The position numbers were made by a program, and so were the translations under genes. The notes below the pieces were generated by a model that was given only the letters and a program-made list of their open reading frames with translations, searched no databases and was not told the DNA's origin. From Candidatus Marinacidobacterales bacterium (lineage in GTDB: Bacteria; Acidobacteriota; Vicinamibacteria; Marinacidobacterales; SMYC01): a DNA stretch of 64,000 bases. Numbering within the stretch: the stretch's first letter is position 1; each line of letters starts with the position of its first letter. Below, one piece after another: positions 7,907-20,448 of this stretch. The stretch covers positions 1,568,001 through 1,632,000 of the forward strand of contig CBDCYI010000011.1 of the NCBI GenBank assembly GCA_965224085.1. Direction: 5' to 3'.

Positions 7907-10228
7907 CTAAGGGGTGCTTTGACCCTTGTCAACATCAGCGGAAGGCGAATTCTCGCCAGTGCGCGCGATGCGTGTGCCGGGATAGTAATGGCTCAGGATC
8001 TGCCGGTAGCTGTAGCCGGCCGATGCCATGCCGTAAGCCCCAACTTGGCACATCCCGACCCCATGCCCCCACCCGCGGCCGGTGAAGACCCAGCTCTCGG
8101 CGCCGCTTTCTTTCGAACGCTGGGCGTCGAGAAAAAACAAGTTCTCGCGAATGCCCAGGGTTCGCCGAACCGCAAGCCCCTCGACAACCGCCGAGCCTGC
8201 AGTCCCGATAATCTCGAGCTCGACGATACGGCCCGAGCGCCCATAGCGCTTCGGGCGCAGCTCCTGAACCGTTCCGACTCGGTGGCGCATATTCACGTCG
8301 CGCGATAGGTCTTCCTTGGTTTTGCGAACCACCCAGTGAGAAAAGCGCGAGCTCCGGTCGAAGCTCGCCCCGCCCGACAGCACAACGAGCACGTCGATAC
8401 CAGAATCGTCCAAGTGAAACAAGACTTGGTCACCGGCGAGCAGCGAGACACGCTCCATGTAGTACACGGTCTCGCCCGATTGACGGTACAAATAGCGCTG
8501 GCGTGCGAGAGCGGTCGCAACAACGTTGTCCTCTTCGCCGAGCCCGTCATCAGTTAAACGAATGCGGGCGCCGTCGACGCTCTCTATCGTTCCTCGGCGA
8601 AGGGGCGTCTCTCCGATCTGACTGACGAGCCGATAGAGCGTTCCCAATATCGTGGCATGTGAGAGCGGGGTCCCACGTGCGATACCCTGTGCGCCCGGAC
8701 GGATGAGGTCGCGCTGTATTGCGTAAGCCAAATGTCGACGTTCGGGATTCGAGAGGCCCGCATCCATGGCGAGTCTCGAGGCGTCTAGCTCCGAGATCAA
8801 GAACGGTAGGCGCCGCTCCCAACATAACCCGCCGGCGAGAAGCTCCGAAAGCGCGACCACGTCGAAAGGACCTGCTTCGCGGGCTCCGAAGCACGGCGAC
8901 TGCCCGATATGAGAGATGGCGCGCTCGACCCATAGACGCACGCTTGCCGCCGTCGCCGGTCCCTCGTTCTTTGCCGGGGCGATACCTAAACGCTCGAGCA
9001 TGGCGGCTTCGAGCGATAGCGGTCTTGGATTGGACGAGCTCATGACAGCGAGGCGCGATTCGAGAAAACAGGCGCGACTCACCAGATAGGGCTCGGGGTT
9101 TACGAATACGTTCTCAGCGTTCTCCGTCCGGCCACCACAGGTCGACGTGTAGAGCGCATCGACGAGCGCCCCGTTATACGTCAATACCTCTCCCGAAGTC
9201 TCGAGGACAGCCTCGCTCGCCATCGGTTGTTCTGCCGCAACACCTTGATAGACCTGGCAGGCGGGCGTCGCGCAGATGTCGTAACCTTCGGCGGCGAATT
9301 GCCCGCGCCGTTTCTGAACGTAGGTACGAGCGGCAAGGGCCTGAGCCTTGATGGCTTCTTTTTCCGGAAACACCGCGGGCGAGAGCTCGGCGGGTACAAC
9401 CCCTTTGAGATAGTCCTCGAGGTTCACGACGTTCACGACCGTGAAGAGATTCGAGGCATTTACGAAAACTTCCAAGTAGCCGCGATACGGACGGCCGTCG
9501 ACTTCGACGAAAGCGTTCGTGGATGCCGGCACGGCGTAAAGCGTGAGCCCGCTCGTCTCGATCGCGGGCTGTCCCGAAGTCCGCAGCACGACTGCTCGAG
9601 GACGCGCGACCCGCGACGGCTCACGCGTGACAGCGACCCCTTCGAAGCCGAGCGCCGTGAGCTCAGCCGCGCGGGCGCGCGCAGCACTCTCGGTGGTGAA
9701 CCCACCAACCCGCACCGCGAAACGCCCACTTCCCGGCTCGCGCCGCAAGACGATCTCGTCATCCAGCTCTTCACGCGTGCTCGCCTGTAGCGCCAACGCA
9801 ACCTCCTGGGTCGGGAACGAACCGAGCTGCAGCCGAAACACCGCTCCTTCGAGGACGCTCGAGCGCGCGGGCTCGATGAGAACGTCTTGCGTCTCGATGA
9901 GCCGTCTCGAGCCGCTGACACGGAAAGGACGAGAAGACGTGAGCCTCAAAGCCTCGGTGCGGGCCGAAAGACCGACGCGGATTCTCGGAGCGGGCGCGAG
10001 CCGGTCCATCTCCGAGGGTGTGAGCGGTGCCGCGGTCGGGGGGGGCGGCAACGTGCGCACGGAGTCCGGAGCCCCCCGCGCCGGTGATGGCGGGGGCGGG
10101 GGGAACGCCTTTGAAGGCTGCCCCGCCAGTGGAGGAGACGGCGGAACATTCGGAGGGTGTGGGGGGACGTCCTTTCCCCCACAGGCCAAAGCCAGCGCGA
10201 TCAGGAAAAAAGGTATGCTCTTAGCCAA
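7907..10228 (-). CDS. SpoIID/LytB-domain lipoprotein with SPOR domain (putative lytic transglycosylase)
   Basis: Lipobox LALAC, Pro-rich linker, SPOR-like LQLGSF, LEDYLKGVVPAE, KAQALAARTY and GRGWGHGVGMCQVGA. Confidence 0.9.
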   Translation of the reverse strand: MAKSIPFFLIALALACGGKDVPPHPPNVPPSPPLAGQPSKAFPPPPPSPARGAPDSVRTLPPPPTAAPLTPSEMDRLAPAPRIRVGLSARTEALRLTSSRPFRVSGSRRLIETQDVLIEPARSSVLEGAVFRLQLGSFPTQEVALALQASTREELDDEIVLRREPGSGRFAVRVGGFTTESAARARAAELTALGFEGVAVTREPSRVARPRAVVLRTSGQPAIETSGLTLYAVPASTNAFVEVDGRPYRGYLEVFVNASNLFTVVNVVNLEDYLKGVVPAELSPAVFPEKEAIKAQALAARTYVQKRRGQFAAEGYDICATPACQVYQGVAAEQPMASEAVLETSGEVLTYNGALVDALYTSTCGGRTENAENVFVNPEPYLVSRACFLESRLAVMSSSNPRPLSLEAAMLERLGIAPAKNEGPATAASVRLWVERAISHIGQSPCFGAREAGPFDVVALSELLAGGLCWERRLPFLISELDASRLAMDAGLSNPERRHLAYAIQRDLIRPGAQGIARGTPLSHATILGTLYRLVSQIGETPLRRGTIESVDGARIRLTDDGLGEEDNVVATALARQRYLYRQSGETVYYMERVSLLAGDQVLFHLDDSGIDVLVVLSGGASFDRSSRFSHWVVRKTKEDLSRDVNMRHRVGTVQELRPKRYGRSGRIVELEIIGTAGSAVVEGLAVRRTLGIRENLFFLDAQRSKESGAESWVFTGRGWGHGVGMCQVGAYGMASAGYSYRQILSHYYPGTRIARTGENSPSADVDKGQSTP

Positions 10229-11552
10229 AGATGTCGTAAGGGCGCTCGTTGTACCAGAAAACGATTACGATATCGAAGGTCTCGTCGGGGTAGTCCGCGG
10301 GTAGCGGCATCAAATCAGCGCCTCGAATTGCGCCAACAGCGATATTGTCGAAACCAACCACTCCAGACGGAACGAGCGTCTGGTAAGAGAGGACCGCCCC
10401 GTCCCGGGCGACCTTGAAGCCCACCGCGACATGCCCCGCGTAGATGTTCGCCGCCCAGGGCATACCGGCCCGCCAAATTCTGCCGACTTCGCTCAACATA
10501 CGGCGGATCCAAGGCACGAAATTCGCGCCTTTGTCGTTGTAGTACATCGTGTTGTTGGTGTTGACAACGAGTCCGCCTTCCGGGTTGTGAAACTGGGCGC
10601 CCGCGAGAAAACGGCGGATGTCCGTGAAGTCACCGTTCTCGCCACCTTCACCGACTGGATTTCGCGTCGGCGCGGGCTGCGGCGGGCGCATCTGCCGCCG
10701 CCTGCGGGCTTCTGCTTCCGCTTGCTTCCGAGCTTGCTCTTCGAGATCCGGTGGATAGAAAAGGAAGTCGCCGGGCAATTCCGGATCGACGCCGCCGTCG
10801 GCGACCTCGGATCCCAACTCTTCCTCCAGGAGTCCGTCACCGTCTAGCTCGTCCTCGCCGGATTCGGCGAGCTCCGCCACTTCGGGAGGCGCCTCCTCTT
10901 CGGGAGTGCCTTCCGTTCCAGGATCCTCGACCTCCTCTTTTGTGTAGAACTCTTCCGTATTGCCGGACGAGAACGGCAAGTCGTTCATGATCTCGGGGCG
11001 CGTTTCCGGCGCCAGCATCGCTTTCGGGATCAAAAGGCGATTATCCGCCACTTGCGGCGGCGGCTCTGGCGGGGGCTGCGCCTCCGGGACAACCGGAACT
11101 GGAACGGCAGCGACAGGAGGTGCAACTTGTTCAGGCTGGGGCTCTTCCATGAAGAGCACGAGAGGCTCCTTTTTGTCGATCTCAGCGACCCTTTCTTTCT
11201 GGTCGATCGGCAAGTCGAAGAACTCGTTCAAATTGGGCTCGAGCAACATGAACACGAGCAGCACAACGTGCAAGACCGCAGAGACGCCGAAACCGGATCG
11301 CGGATCGCTCGCGAGCGGATCGCGGTCCTCGCCGCCGCGCTCGAGAAACTCGGCGGCGTCGTCAGGGTTGTCTAGCCATTGCGAGAAGAAGAAGTCCTCG
11401 GAGCCATCCTGGGAAATGAGGTTCTCGAAGCCGCTCGCGGTTTGGCGGAATGGATGGGGCTCGTGCGGCGCGGGCTGCTTAGGAAGGAAGGGCTGGCCCC
11501 GGCGGGTCATTCCCCGCCTCATTCCAGAACCTCGTTGCACGCGCACTCCCAA
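10221..11552 (-). CDS. TonB/TolA-like membrane protein with acidic Pro-rich linker and TonB C-terminal-like domain
   Basis: TM helix with SAVLH (SxxxH) motif; C-terminal SGVVGFDNIAVGAIRGA...PLP; start uncertain. Confidence 0.75.
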   Translation of the reverse strand: MGVRVQRGSGMRRGMTRRGQPFLPKQPAPHEPHPFRQTASGFENLISQDGSEDFFFSQWLDNPDDAAEFLERGGEDRDPLASDPRSGFGVSAVLHVVLLVFMLLEPNLNEFFDLPIDQKERVAEIDKKEPLVLFMEEPQPEQVAPPVAAVPVPVVPEAQPPPEPPPQVADNRLLIPKAMLAPETRPEIMNDLPFSSGNTEEFYTKEEVEDPGTEGTPEEEAPPEVAELAESGEDELDGDGLLEEELGSEVADGGVDPELPGDFLFYPPDLEEQARKQAEAEARRRRQMRPPQPAPTRNPVGEGGENGDFTDIRRFLAGAQFHNPEGGLVVNTNNTMYYNDKGANFVPWIRRMLSEVGRIWRAGMPWAANIYAGHVAVGFKVARDGAVLSYQTLVPSGVVGFDNIAVGAIRGADLMPLPADYPDETFDIVIVFWYNERPYDIFG

Positions 11553-11592
11553 TCGCCAACTGCCAACTGATTGAAGGGAAACGACCTACCGG

Positions 11593-11621
11593 ATTATAAC
11601 CATCGCCGATCGGCTGAGCAA
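11593..11621 (-). promoter_or_regulatory. Sigma70-type promoter upstream of the TonB-like gene
   Basis: Minus strand TTGCTC-N17-TATAAT. Confidence 0.6.
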
Positions 11622-11646
11622 GAAGACCGACACAATCTTTACATCC

Positions 11647-12624
11647 TTAACGATTGGAGTCCTTTATCGCCCCGAGCGACTCCATCGACTCCATCGACTC
11701 CATCGACTCAATGATGCGTAGGGCAAGCTCCAACGCGCGTGTGCCATCCGCGCCGGTCACTCGGGGACTTCGACCCTCGGTCACCGATTCGAGAAAGTCT
11801 TCAAGTTCTCGTTTGAGCGGCTCTTCGTTGACGAGGGTCAGCTCTTTTCTCTCGATGTCGGGCTGCTCGCCAACGCCTTGGAAGATTCGGTAGCGGATAG
11901 CCTCTTGACTTTGGTAGTCGAGCGAAACGTAGCAATCGCGCTCGAAAACCCGAAGCTTTCGCACCTTTTCCTGCGAGACCCGGCTTGCAGTGATGTTGGC
12001 GACCGCCCCCCCTTGGAAGCGAAGACGTGCGTTGGCGATATCTACGCGCGGTGTCAGCACTGGGACACCGACGGCTTCGAGAGATACGACTTCCCTCCCC
12101 ACGAGCGACATGACGACGTCGAGATCATGGATCATCAAGTCCAGCACGACGTCGATGTCGAGACTGCGCGGGCTGAAGGAGGCGAGACGGTGAACCTCGA
12201 TGAAGCGCGGATCCTTCCGCTGGCTCAACAAGGCCTCGACCGCCGGGTTGTGACGCTCGGTGTGCCCCACAGCGAGGCACAGACCTCTATCCGCAGCCGC
12301 TTTCGTCATGCGCTCGGCCTGTGCTCGGGACGAGGCAATCGGTTTTTCTACGAGCACGTGGATCCCGGCTTCGAGAAGCTCGAGCGTCACCGCCTCGTGA
12401 TCGACCGTCGGGACCGCCACGCTCGCGGCGGAAACGTCCTTCACGAACTCCCGGAAATGGGTGACACCGCGAACCCCGTAGCTTGCCGCGACCCTCTGAG
12501 CGCGCTCGAGATCAGAATCGGCAACACCCACGAGCTCGGCACCGTCGAGCTCGGAGAAGACACGCGCGTGACGCGAGCCGAGCTGCCCGACCCCCACTAC
12601 GGCCACTTTGAGCCGCTCGGTCAA
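11647..12624 (-). CDS. Gfo/Idh/MocA oxidoreductase, GnnA-like (UDP-GlcNAc 3-dehydrogenase)
   Basis: GVGQLG, VEKP, VGHTERHNP and DVVLDLMIHDLD; located right after lpxA-lpxI. Confidence 0.85.
   Translation of the reverse strand: MTERLKVAVVGVGQLGSRHARVFSELDGAELVGVADSDLERAQRVAASYGVRGVTHFREFVKDVSAASVAVPTVDHEAVTLELLEAGIHVLVEKPIASSRAQAERMTKAAADRGLCLAVGHTERHNPAVEALLSQRKDPRFIEVHRLASFSPRSLDIDVVLDLMIHDLDVVMSLVGREVVSLEAVGVPVLTPRVDIANARLRFQGGAVANITASRVSQEKVRKLRVFERDCYVSLDYQSQEAIRYRIFQGVGEQPDIERKELTLVNEEPLKRELEDFLESVTEGRSPRVTGADGTRALELALRIIESMESMESMESLGAIKDSNR
11677..11710. repeat. 9-bp tandem repeat (CGACTCCAT)x3 plus a partial unit, encoding ESMESMESMES
   Basis: Read directly from the sequence. Confidence 0.9.
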
Positions 12625-13449
12625 CTAGATCCCCACCACGGTGATCGCGCGCTCGTCCGCGTTTCTCAGAAGCGCTTCGCGCTCGAGAAGAAGCACGCGC
12701 CCGGTCTCGAGCCCGAGTGCAGTCGCTCCCGACGCCGTCATCGAGTCGATCGTCGTTGGTCCGATGACGGGGACGTCGAAGCGCATATCCTGTTGGGGCC
12801 GAGCCACTTTGACGACCGTGAGCGGTCCTTCGACAACATCACCCGCACGGAGGACGGCGGCATCGGTACCTTCCATGGCCTCCGCCGCCACCACGGTCTT
12901 GTTTTTGACAATGACTGTCTGCCCGATATCGAGCTCCGCGAGGCCGCGAGCCATCTCGACCCCGAAAACAAAATCCAAGCGCTCGCGCTTGTTCGGACCC
13001 CGCTTGGTCATCGGCCCCTTCGTCATCAGATGCGAGCGCAGCAGCAGCGTCGAATCGACAAGCTCAACCCCTTCCTCTCCGAGCACCTCCGCAAGGGTCT
13101 TCAACATCTCGTCGGTACTTCGTGACGAGAGCCTCGAGAGGACTTTGAGCGTGAGGCGATCCGGTCGCAGGATGTGAAAGGCGCTGACATGGCGGACGCG
13201 GCCCGCCATGATCGCTCGCGATACACCCGCATCGCCAAAAATCCGCACGCATTTCGAGAGCTGTCCGATACCGATCGTATGAAATGGCCCTGCGGCTTTT
13301 TTGGCGAGCTCGGGATCCGCCTCGCCTTCGATCGCGAGCGTCACGACTTCGATCCCGTGGCGCGCGGCTTCATCGAGCACTATGAAGGGAAACGCCCCTT
13401 CCCCGGCAATCAAGCCAATGGTCGAGGGAAGTGAGCTCGGCTCGGACAC
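12625..13449 (-). CDS. lpxI: UDP-2,3-diacylglucosamine pyrophosphatase LpxI (DUF1009)
   Basis: GLIAGEG.FP, DIGQTV, EAMEGTD and QDMRFDVPVIG; start likely GTG 13449. Confidence 0.92.
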   Translation of the reverse strand: MSEPSSLPSTIGLIAGEGAFPFIVLDEAARHGIEVVTLAIEGEADPELAKKAAGPFHTIGIGQLSKCVRIFGDAGVSRAIMAGRVRHVSAFHILRPDRLTLKVLSRLSSRSTDEMLKTLAEVLGEEGVELVDSTLLLRSHLMTKGPMTKRGPNKRERLDFVFGVEMARGLAELDIGQTVIVKNKTVVAAEAMEGTDAAVLRAGDVVEGPLTVVKVARPQQDMRFDVPVIGPTTIDSMTASGATALGLETGRVLLLEREALLRNADERAITVVGI

Positions 13450-13465
13450 GCGTTTAGAGAAATCC

Positions 13466-14317
13466 TCAGTCCGCGTCCGAGTCCTCACGGCCGCGCTTGA
13501 CGATAACGCCTCGCTCGGAGCCACGCACGAAATCGATGATCGCGCGCACATCGGGGCTCACGTCGCACGCATCGGGATCATCACGCCCGTCAATATCATC
13601 AGGCCCATCAAGCTTGTCGAGCGCCTGAGAGACGTTGAGGCTCGATTGCTGGAGCGTGCGGAAAGCGGAGCGGATCTTTTCGATGCGGTCGCGGCCGAAT
13701 TCCCGTCGCTCGAGACCGACTGTGTTGGCCCCATAGAGTCGCGCACGATTGCCGACGGTTTTCGAAAACGGCAAGACATCTTTGGTGACGACCGAATAGC
13801 CTCCTACGAAAGCGTAGGTGCCCACGCGGCAGAACTGATGGACGCCGGAAAAAGCGCTCACCGTCGCGTGATCCTCCACGGTCACATGGCCGCCCAGGGT
13901 AGCCGCATTGCCGAAGATGGTGCCGCTGCCGATCTGGCAATCATGCGCCACATGGGTGTAGGCCATGAATAGATTTTTGTCGCCGATGACCGTGCGACTG
14001 CCACCGAGAGCGGTACCGCGATGAATCGTGACGAACTCGCGAAAAACGTTCTCGTTGCCGATCTCGAGAGTCGAGACCTCGCCTTCGAACTTCAGGTCCT
14101 GGGGCTCGAGACCAATCGAGGCAAACGGGAAAACGCGACACCGCTCGCCAATCTTCGTATAACCGTCGATGACGACATTCGAGTCGATGACGGTGTCCCG
14201 TTCGATCTCGACGTGCTCACCAATGACGGTATAGGGCCCGACGCGAACGCCCTCGGCGAGCCGCGCTCTATCGTGCACGACAGCCGTCGGGTGACACTCC
14301 ACAGCAGCGGTGCTCAT
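13466..14317 (-). CDS. lpxA: UDP-N-acetylglucosamine acyltransferase
   Basis: Hexapeptide repeats, PQDLKF, HRGT, HVAHDC and VHQFCR. Confidence 0.96.
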   Translation of the reverse strand: MSTAAVECHPTAVVHDRARLAEGVRVGPYTVIGEHVEIERDTVIDSNVVIDGYTKIGERCRVFPFASIGLEPQDLKFEGEVSTLEIGNENVFREFVTIHRGTALGGSRTVIGDKNLFMAYTHVAHDCQIGSGTIFGNAATLGGHVTVEDHATVSAFSGVHQFCRVGTYAFVGGYSVVTKDVLPFSKTVGNRARLYGANTVGLERREFGRDRIEKIRSAFRTLQQSSLNVSQALDKLDGPDDIDGRDDPDACDVSPDVRAIIDFVRGSERGVIVKRGREDSDAD

Positions 14318-14754
14318 CCCGCGTCCACACCCGTCAGCACCAGCTCGGCTTCGGCCGCTAGCTGTTGTTCGACCTCGACGCGAGCCGCGAGCTTACGGAA
14401 ATTGCCGCGCGCTTTCGCGACCGTCACATGGATCTCGAGCCGATCCCCCGGAACGACCGGCCGTCGGAACTTGGCGTGATCGATGCTCACAAGATAAAAC
14501 GCTTTTCCTCGAGCGCTTCCGTCTGCCGGCAACACCATCAGCCCCCCCGCCTGCGCCATAGCCTCGAGGATCAAAACCCCGGGCATGACGGGCAAGTTGG
14601 GAAAGTGCCCCGCAAAGAATTCTTCGTTGATGGTGACGTTCTTTCGGGCGTGGATACGCTCGTCGGGTACGAGCTCGACGATCCTATCTAGCATCAGGAG
14701 CGGATAGCGATGCGGCAGCCGCTCCATGATCCACTGGATGTCCATCTCGGGCAT
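14314..14754 (-). CDS. fabZ: 3-hydroxyacyl-ACP dehydratase
   Basis: LPHRYP and FFAGHFP..PVMPGVLILEAMAQ; start trimmed to ATG 14754. Confidence 0.95.
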   Translation of the reverse strand: MPEMDIQWIMERLPHRYPLLMLDRIVELVPDERIHARKNVTINEEFFAGHFPNLPVMPGVLILEAMAQAGGLMVLPADGSARGKAFYLVSIDHAKFRRPVVPGDRLEIHVTVAKARGNFRKLAARVEVEQQLAAEAELVLTGVDAG

Positions 14755-14777
14755 CAGGGATTCGTTGTCCGGCGGTC

Positions 14778-15377
14778 TTACTGTGGATTTGCCGGCGGGA
14801 CGCCTTGTTCGCCGGGCGGGGCCATCATCTCGTCGAGCTTCTTCACGATCAACGGGCTGATGTCGAGCGTCGGATCCAAGACGAAGGTCAGACCCGGCGT
14901 AACACGGAAGATGAGACCGATCCCATTTTCTTGTGCAACTTGCTCGACGACCGGCGCAACCTTTTCCTGGAACTTTGCTTCGCCATCCTGCCGCTTTGCT
15001 TCGAAATCTGCTTGAGCATCCTCGACCCACCGCTGGGCGTCGGTGCGCTTGCGCTCGATGTCCCGCTGGAGCCGCACTTTGGCGTCCTGCGACAAAATTT
15101 CGGAGTTCAGCTTGGTCTGCAAGTCAACGATCTCCTGCTGCAGCCGCTGGGTCTCGGTCGCGATCTTTTCGTTCTCGCCTCGGAGCGAGTCGAAAAGCGC
15201 TCTGCCTGCGGTGGATTCCGCCGCGATCCGGTCGATGTCGATGACTGCGATCTTGGTCGCGCCCGAGAGACCCTGAATCGGCGCCCCAGAAGCCTCCTGC
15301 GCAAGGGCGCCCGCATGCGCCACCGCAACGAACGCCATCGCCAAAGTGGCGATGCTAGCTACTCTCGATAAATTCAT
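14778..15377 (-). CDS. skp: OmpH/Skp periplasmic chaperone
   Basis: Signal peptide, KIAVID, long coiled coil and LDIS C-terminus; follows bamA. Confidence 0.9.
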   Translation of the reverse strand: MNLSRVASIATLAMAFVAVAHAGALAQEASGAPIQGLSGATKIAVIDIDRIAAESTAGRALFDSLRGENEKIATETQRLQQEIVDLQTKLNSEILSQDAKVRLQRDIERKRTDAQRWVEDAQADFEAKRQDGEAKFQEKVAPVVEQVAQENGIGLIFRVTPGLTFVLDPTLDISPLIVKKLDEMMAPPGEQGVPPANPQ

Positions 15378-15430
15378 GATTGCAGTTACTCCTATAAGTT
15401 CTTGTTGGGATCCGAGCTCCTCTTGACGTT

Positions 15431-17848
15431 CTAGAACGTCGTTCCTATACCGAACCGAAAAGCGGTGGCCGGCTGGAAAGCATCGCGATGGGGATTATAA
15501 GCCCAAATCAGGCGGAACGGAACGTTCAGGACCGGCACGAAGAACCGCATTTCCGCCCCCGTCGACGTCCTCAAGTCTTCGAACATGGAAAAACTCCACG
15601 ACGTGTTCTCGGCATAGGCCTGCCCGGCATCGAAGAACAGAACCAAACGCAGCGGACCAGCGAGTGGGATGTAATATTCCGCGTTCAACAAGATCATCTT
15701 GTTTCCGCCGATGAAGCGACCGAGAGGGTCGCGGGGGCCGACCGTGCGAATGTCGTAGCCGCGAATTTGATTCTCACCACCGAGGAAGAAGCGCTCGAAG
15801 AACGGAATGCCCGTTTGCTGGACGTCGAGAATGAGGTCTCCGGCCTCTTCGTCGAGCTCTCCTTCGACGACGCGCCCTTCGGCGGTCCCTTTGAGCCAGG
15901 AGACCATCGCGCGAAATCCGAGATTGGTCGTACGAGTCAGAGGGAGGTACCAGATGCCTTCGAAAGTCGGTTTGTAGTAGTTGACCGTGCCCCCGAGAAC
16001 GCCACCGGCAACTCCGAAGCTAGCAGTGTAGCGCTTGCCCCGGAACGGAAAGAGCGGGTTGTCAGTCGTATTGTGGATGAAAGATGGCGTCACCTTGCTC
16101 GAGATAAAGTTGCCTTGGATGCCGAGAAAACGCGGATCGAGGAAGGCGGAGTTTATGAACAAATCGTTGATGGTCAGGACTAGATCCGGATCGGGCTCCG
16201 CGGTCTTGATCACCGAGTAGTTGTAGTTCAAGAAAAGGCGCGAGAAGCGTTTGATCGGGATACCCCAAACGAGCCCGGCGCCCGTGTCGTGACGCGTGAA
16301 CTGCGGAAGACGTAGCGTCCGCTTGAAGACGTCGAAGCCGAGTGTTATCGGCTTGTCCATGAAGTAGGGGTCGGTGATCGCGATCTGAAAGTTTCGAGTA
16401 CGGCTTCCCGTTTGGAGCGAGAACGAGGCCGTTTCTCCACGGCCGAGAAAGTTCGTCGTCGAAAAAGCGAGGTTGATGAACGCACCTTCGAGCCCGGATA
16501 CTCCACCGCCGAAAGTAAACTGGTTGCGATTCTGCTCGGCGAGCCTGAGGGTGATATCGAGCTTGTTATCCTCGCCTTCCACCGGCAAGATCTCGGGCTC
16601 TTCGATGGGCTGAAAGTAGCCGAGCTGGTTGATGCGCTGAATCGACATCTTGAGCAGCTCCATATTCATGACGTCTTGCTCGTTCAGCCACATCTCGCGA
16701 CGGATGACTTTGTCGCGCGTCGTCGTATTGCCTTTGAAGTCGATCTGATTGACGAAATATTGCTTGTCTTCGTTGAGATTGATCGTCACGTCGACGAGGT
16801 CCGTCTCCGGAACAGGCTGCTTTATGGGGAAGCCGGTAAACTGGATGTAGCCGCGAGCGCCGTAGAGCTCACGCAGCTTCTCGAGCCCCTTGGTAATCTT
16901 GGATTCGTCGTAAACCTCTCCTGGCAAAAGCTTGAAGTAGCTCTTGATGAACTCCTCGGGCATGAGCTCCGAGCCCTCGACGGACACGTTCCCGACCCGA
17001 TATTGCTTGCCTTCGACAACGGGAACTTTGAGACTCAGCCAGCGGCGCGGTTTCTTCCAAAAGAGAAAGCGAGAGCTCCCGTCTTCGTACTCCATCTCGG
17101 GAGGCCCAAAGGACACGTCCACGAAGCCGCTATTGAGATAGATTTCCCGCACGAGCTCGATATCGGCCGCGTATTGCTCTTCCGTATACGTACTGCCACC
17201 CATGAGAGCGCCCAGCGCGTGGCTCTCTTTGGTCTTCTTCATCCCCCAGCGAAGCCGCCAGTCGTCGAAATACTCGGCACCGTCGAACTGGATTTGCTTG
17301 ATCCGAATCTTCTGCTCGTCTTTGATGTCGAAAACGATTTTGACACCGCCTGACTCGAGCGCATCGACACGGGTCGACACCGAGCCGTCGGTCCGACCTT
17401 TATCGATGAGCATCGCCCGGATGATGTTCTCCGCTTTGACGACTTTGGCCGGATCGTAGAACGACTCGATCGGGATCTCGACGCCTTCTTCTTCGAGCTG
17501 CTCTGTAATGTCGCTGGCGTCGATCTCTTTCGAGCCAACAAAGTCGAGAGCTTGGACCCTAGGACGCTCGGCGACGACATAAGTGACGACTTTGCCGCGC
17601 TCGCCATCGGTCACTTCGAGAGTCAAGTCGTCGAGAAAGCCCGTACCCCACAAACGGCGGAAATCGTCGAGAGCGTGCCCACGGTCATAGGGGTCGCCGA
17701 TTTTCTGGGTCAAGTGAAACAAATAGGTCTCTGAGTCGACAATGCCATTACCCTGAATCTCTATCCGCTCGATATTGTTCTCCTGAGCGAGGACTAGGGA
17801 AGGGAGCAATATCGACAAGAGAACGCTGATGAAACGCCGGTTGGGCAT
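15431..17848 (-). CDS. bamA: Outer membrane protein assembly factor BamA
   Basis: POTRA repeats (GNTTTRDKVIRRE), IRGY loop-6 motif and C-terminal Phe. Confidence 0.96.
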   Translation of the reverse strand: MPNRRFISVLLSILLPSLVLAQENNIERIEIQGNGIVDSETYLFHLTQKIGDPYDRGHALDDFRRLWGTGFLDDLTLEVTDGERGKVVTYVVAERPRVQALDFVGSKEIDASDITEQLEEEGVEIPIESFYDPAKVVKAENIIRAMLIDKGRTDGSVSTRVDALESGGVKIVFDIKDEQKIRIKQIQFDGAEYFDDWRLRWGMKKTKESHALGALMGGSTYTEEQYAADIELVREIYLNSGFVDVSFGPPEMEYEDGSSRFLFWKKPRRWLSLKVPVVEGKQYRVGNVSVEGSELMPEEFIKSYFKLLPGEVYDESKITKGLEKLRELYGARGYIQFTGFPIKQPVPETDLVDVTINLNEDKQYFVNQIDFKGNTTTRDKVIRREMWLNEQDVMNMELLKMSIQRINQLGYFQPIEEPEILPVEGEDNKLDITLRLAEQNRNQFTFGGGVSGLEGAFINLAFSTTNFLGRGETASFSLQTGSRTRNFQIAITDPYFMDKPITLGFDVFKRTLRLPQFTRHDTGAGLVWGIPIKRFSRLFLNYNYSVIKTAEPDPDLVLTINDLFINSAFLDPRFLGIQGNFISSKVTPSFIHNTTDNPLFPFRGKRYTASFGVAGGVLGGTVNYYKPTFEGIWYLPLTRTTNLGFRAMVSWLKGTAEGRVVEGELDEEAGDLILDVQQTGIPFFERFFLGGENQIRGYDIRTVGPRDPLGRFIGGNKMILLNAEYYIPLAGPLRLVLFFDAGQAYAENTSWSFSMFEDLRTSTGAEMRFFVPVLNVPFRLIWAYNPHRDAFQPATAFRFGIGTTF

Positions 17849-17872
17849 CGCTGATTCCCTTATTCCAAATTT

Positions 17873-20314
<2,442 letters not shown>

Positions 20315-20448
20315 CCAACGTGGTGTTTCGTCATTATATCACACGCGTATAAATCGTTGCGACAGTTGAGGTTCAAGCTTTTGGATGCATGCGGCATCCC
20401 TTGGAGCATAGCACTTTCGATGCCTCGTAACCAGTGAACGACAGCTGT

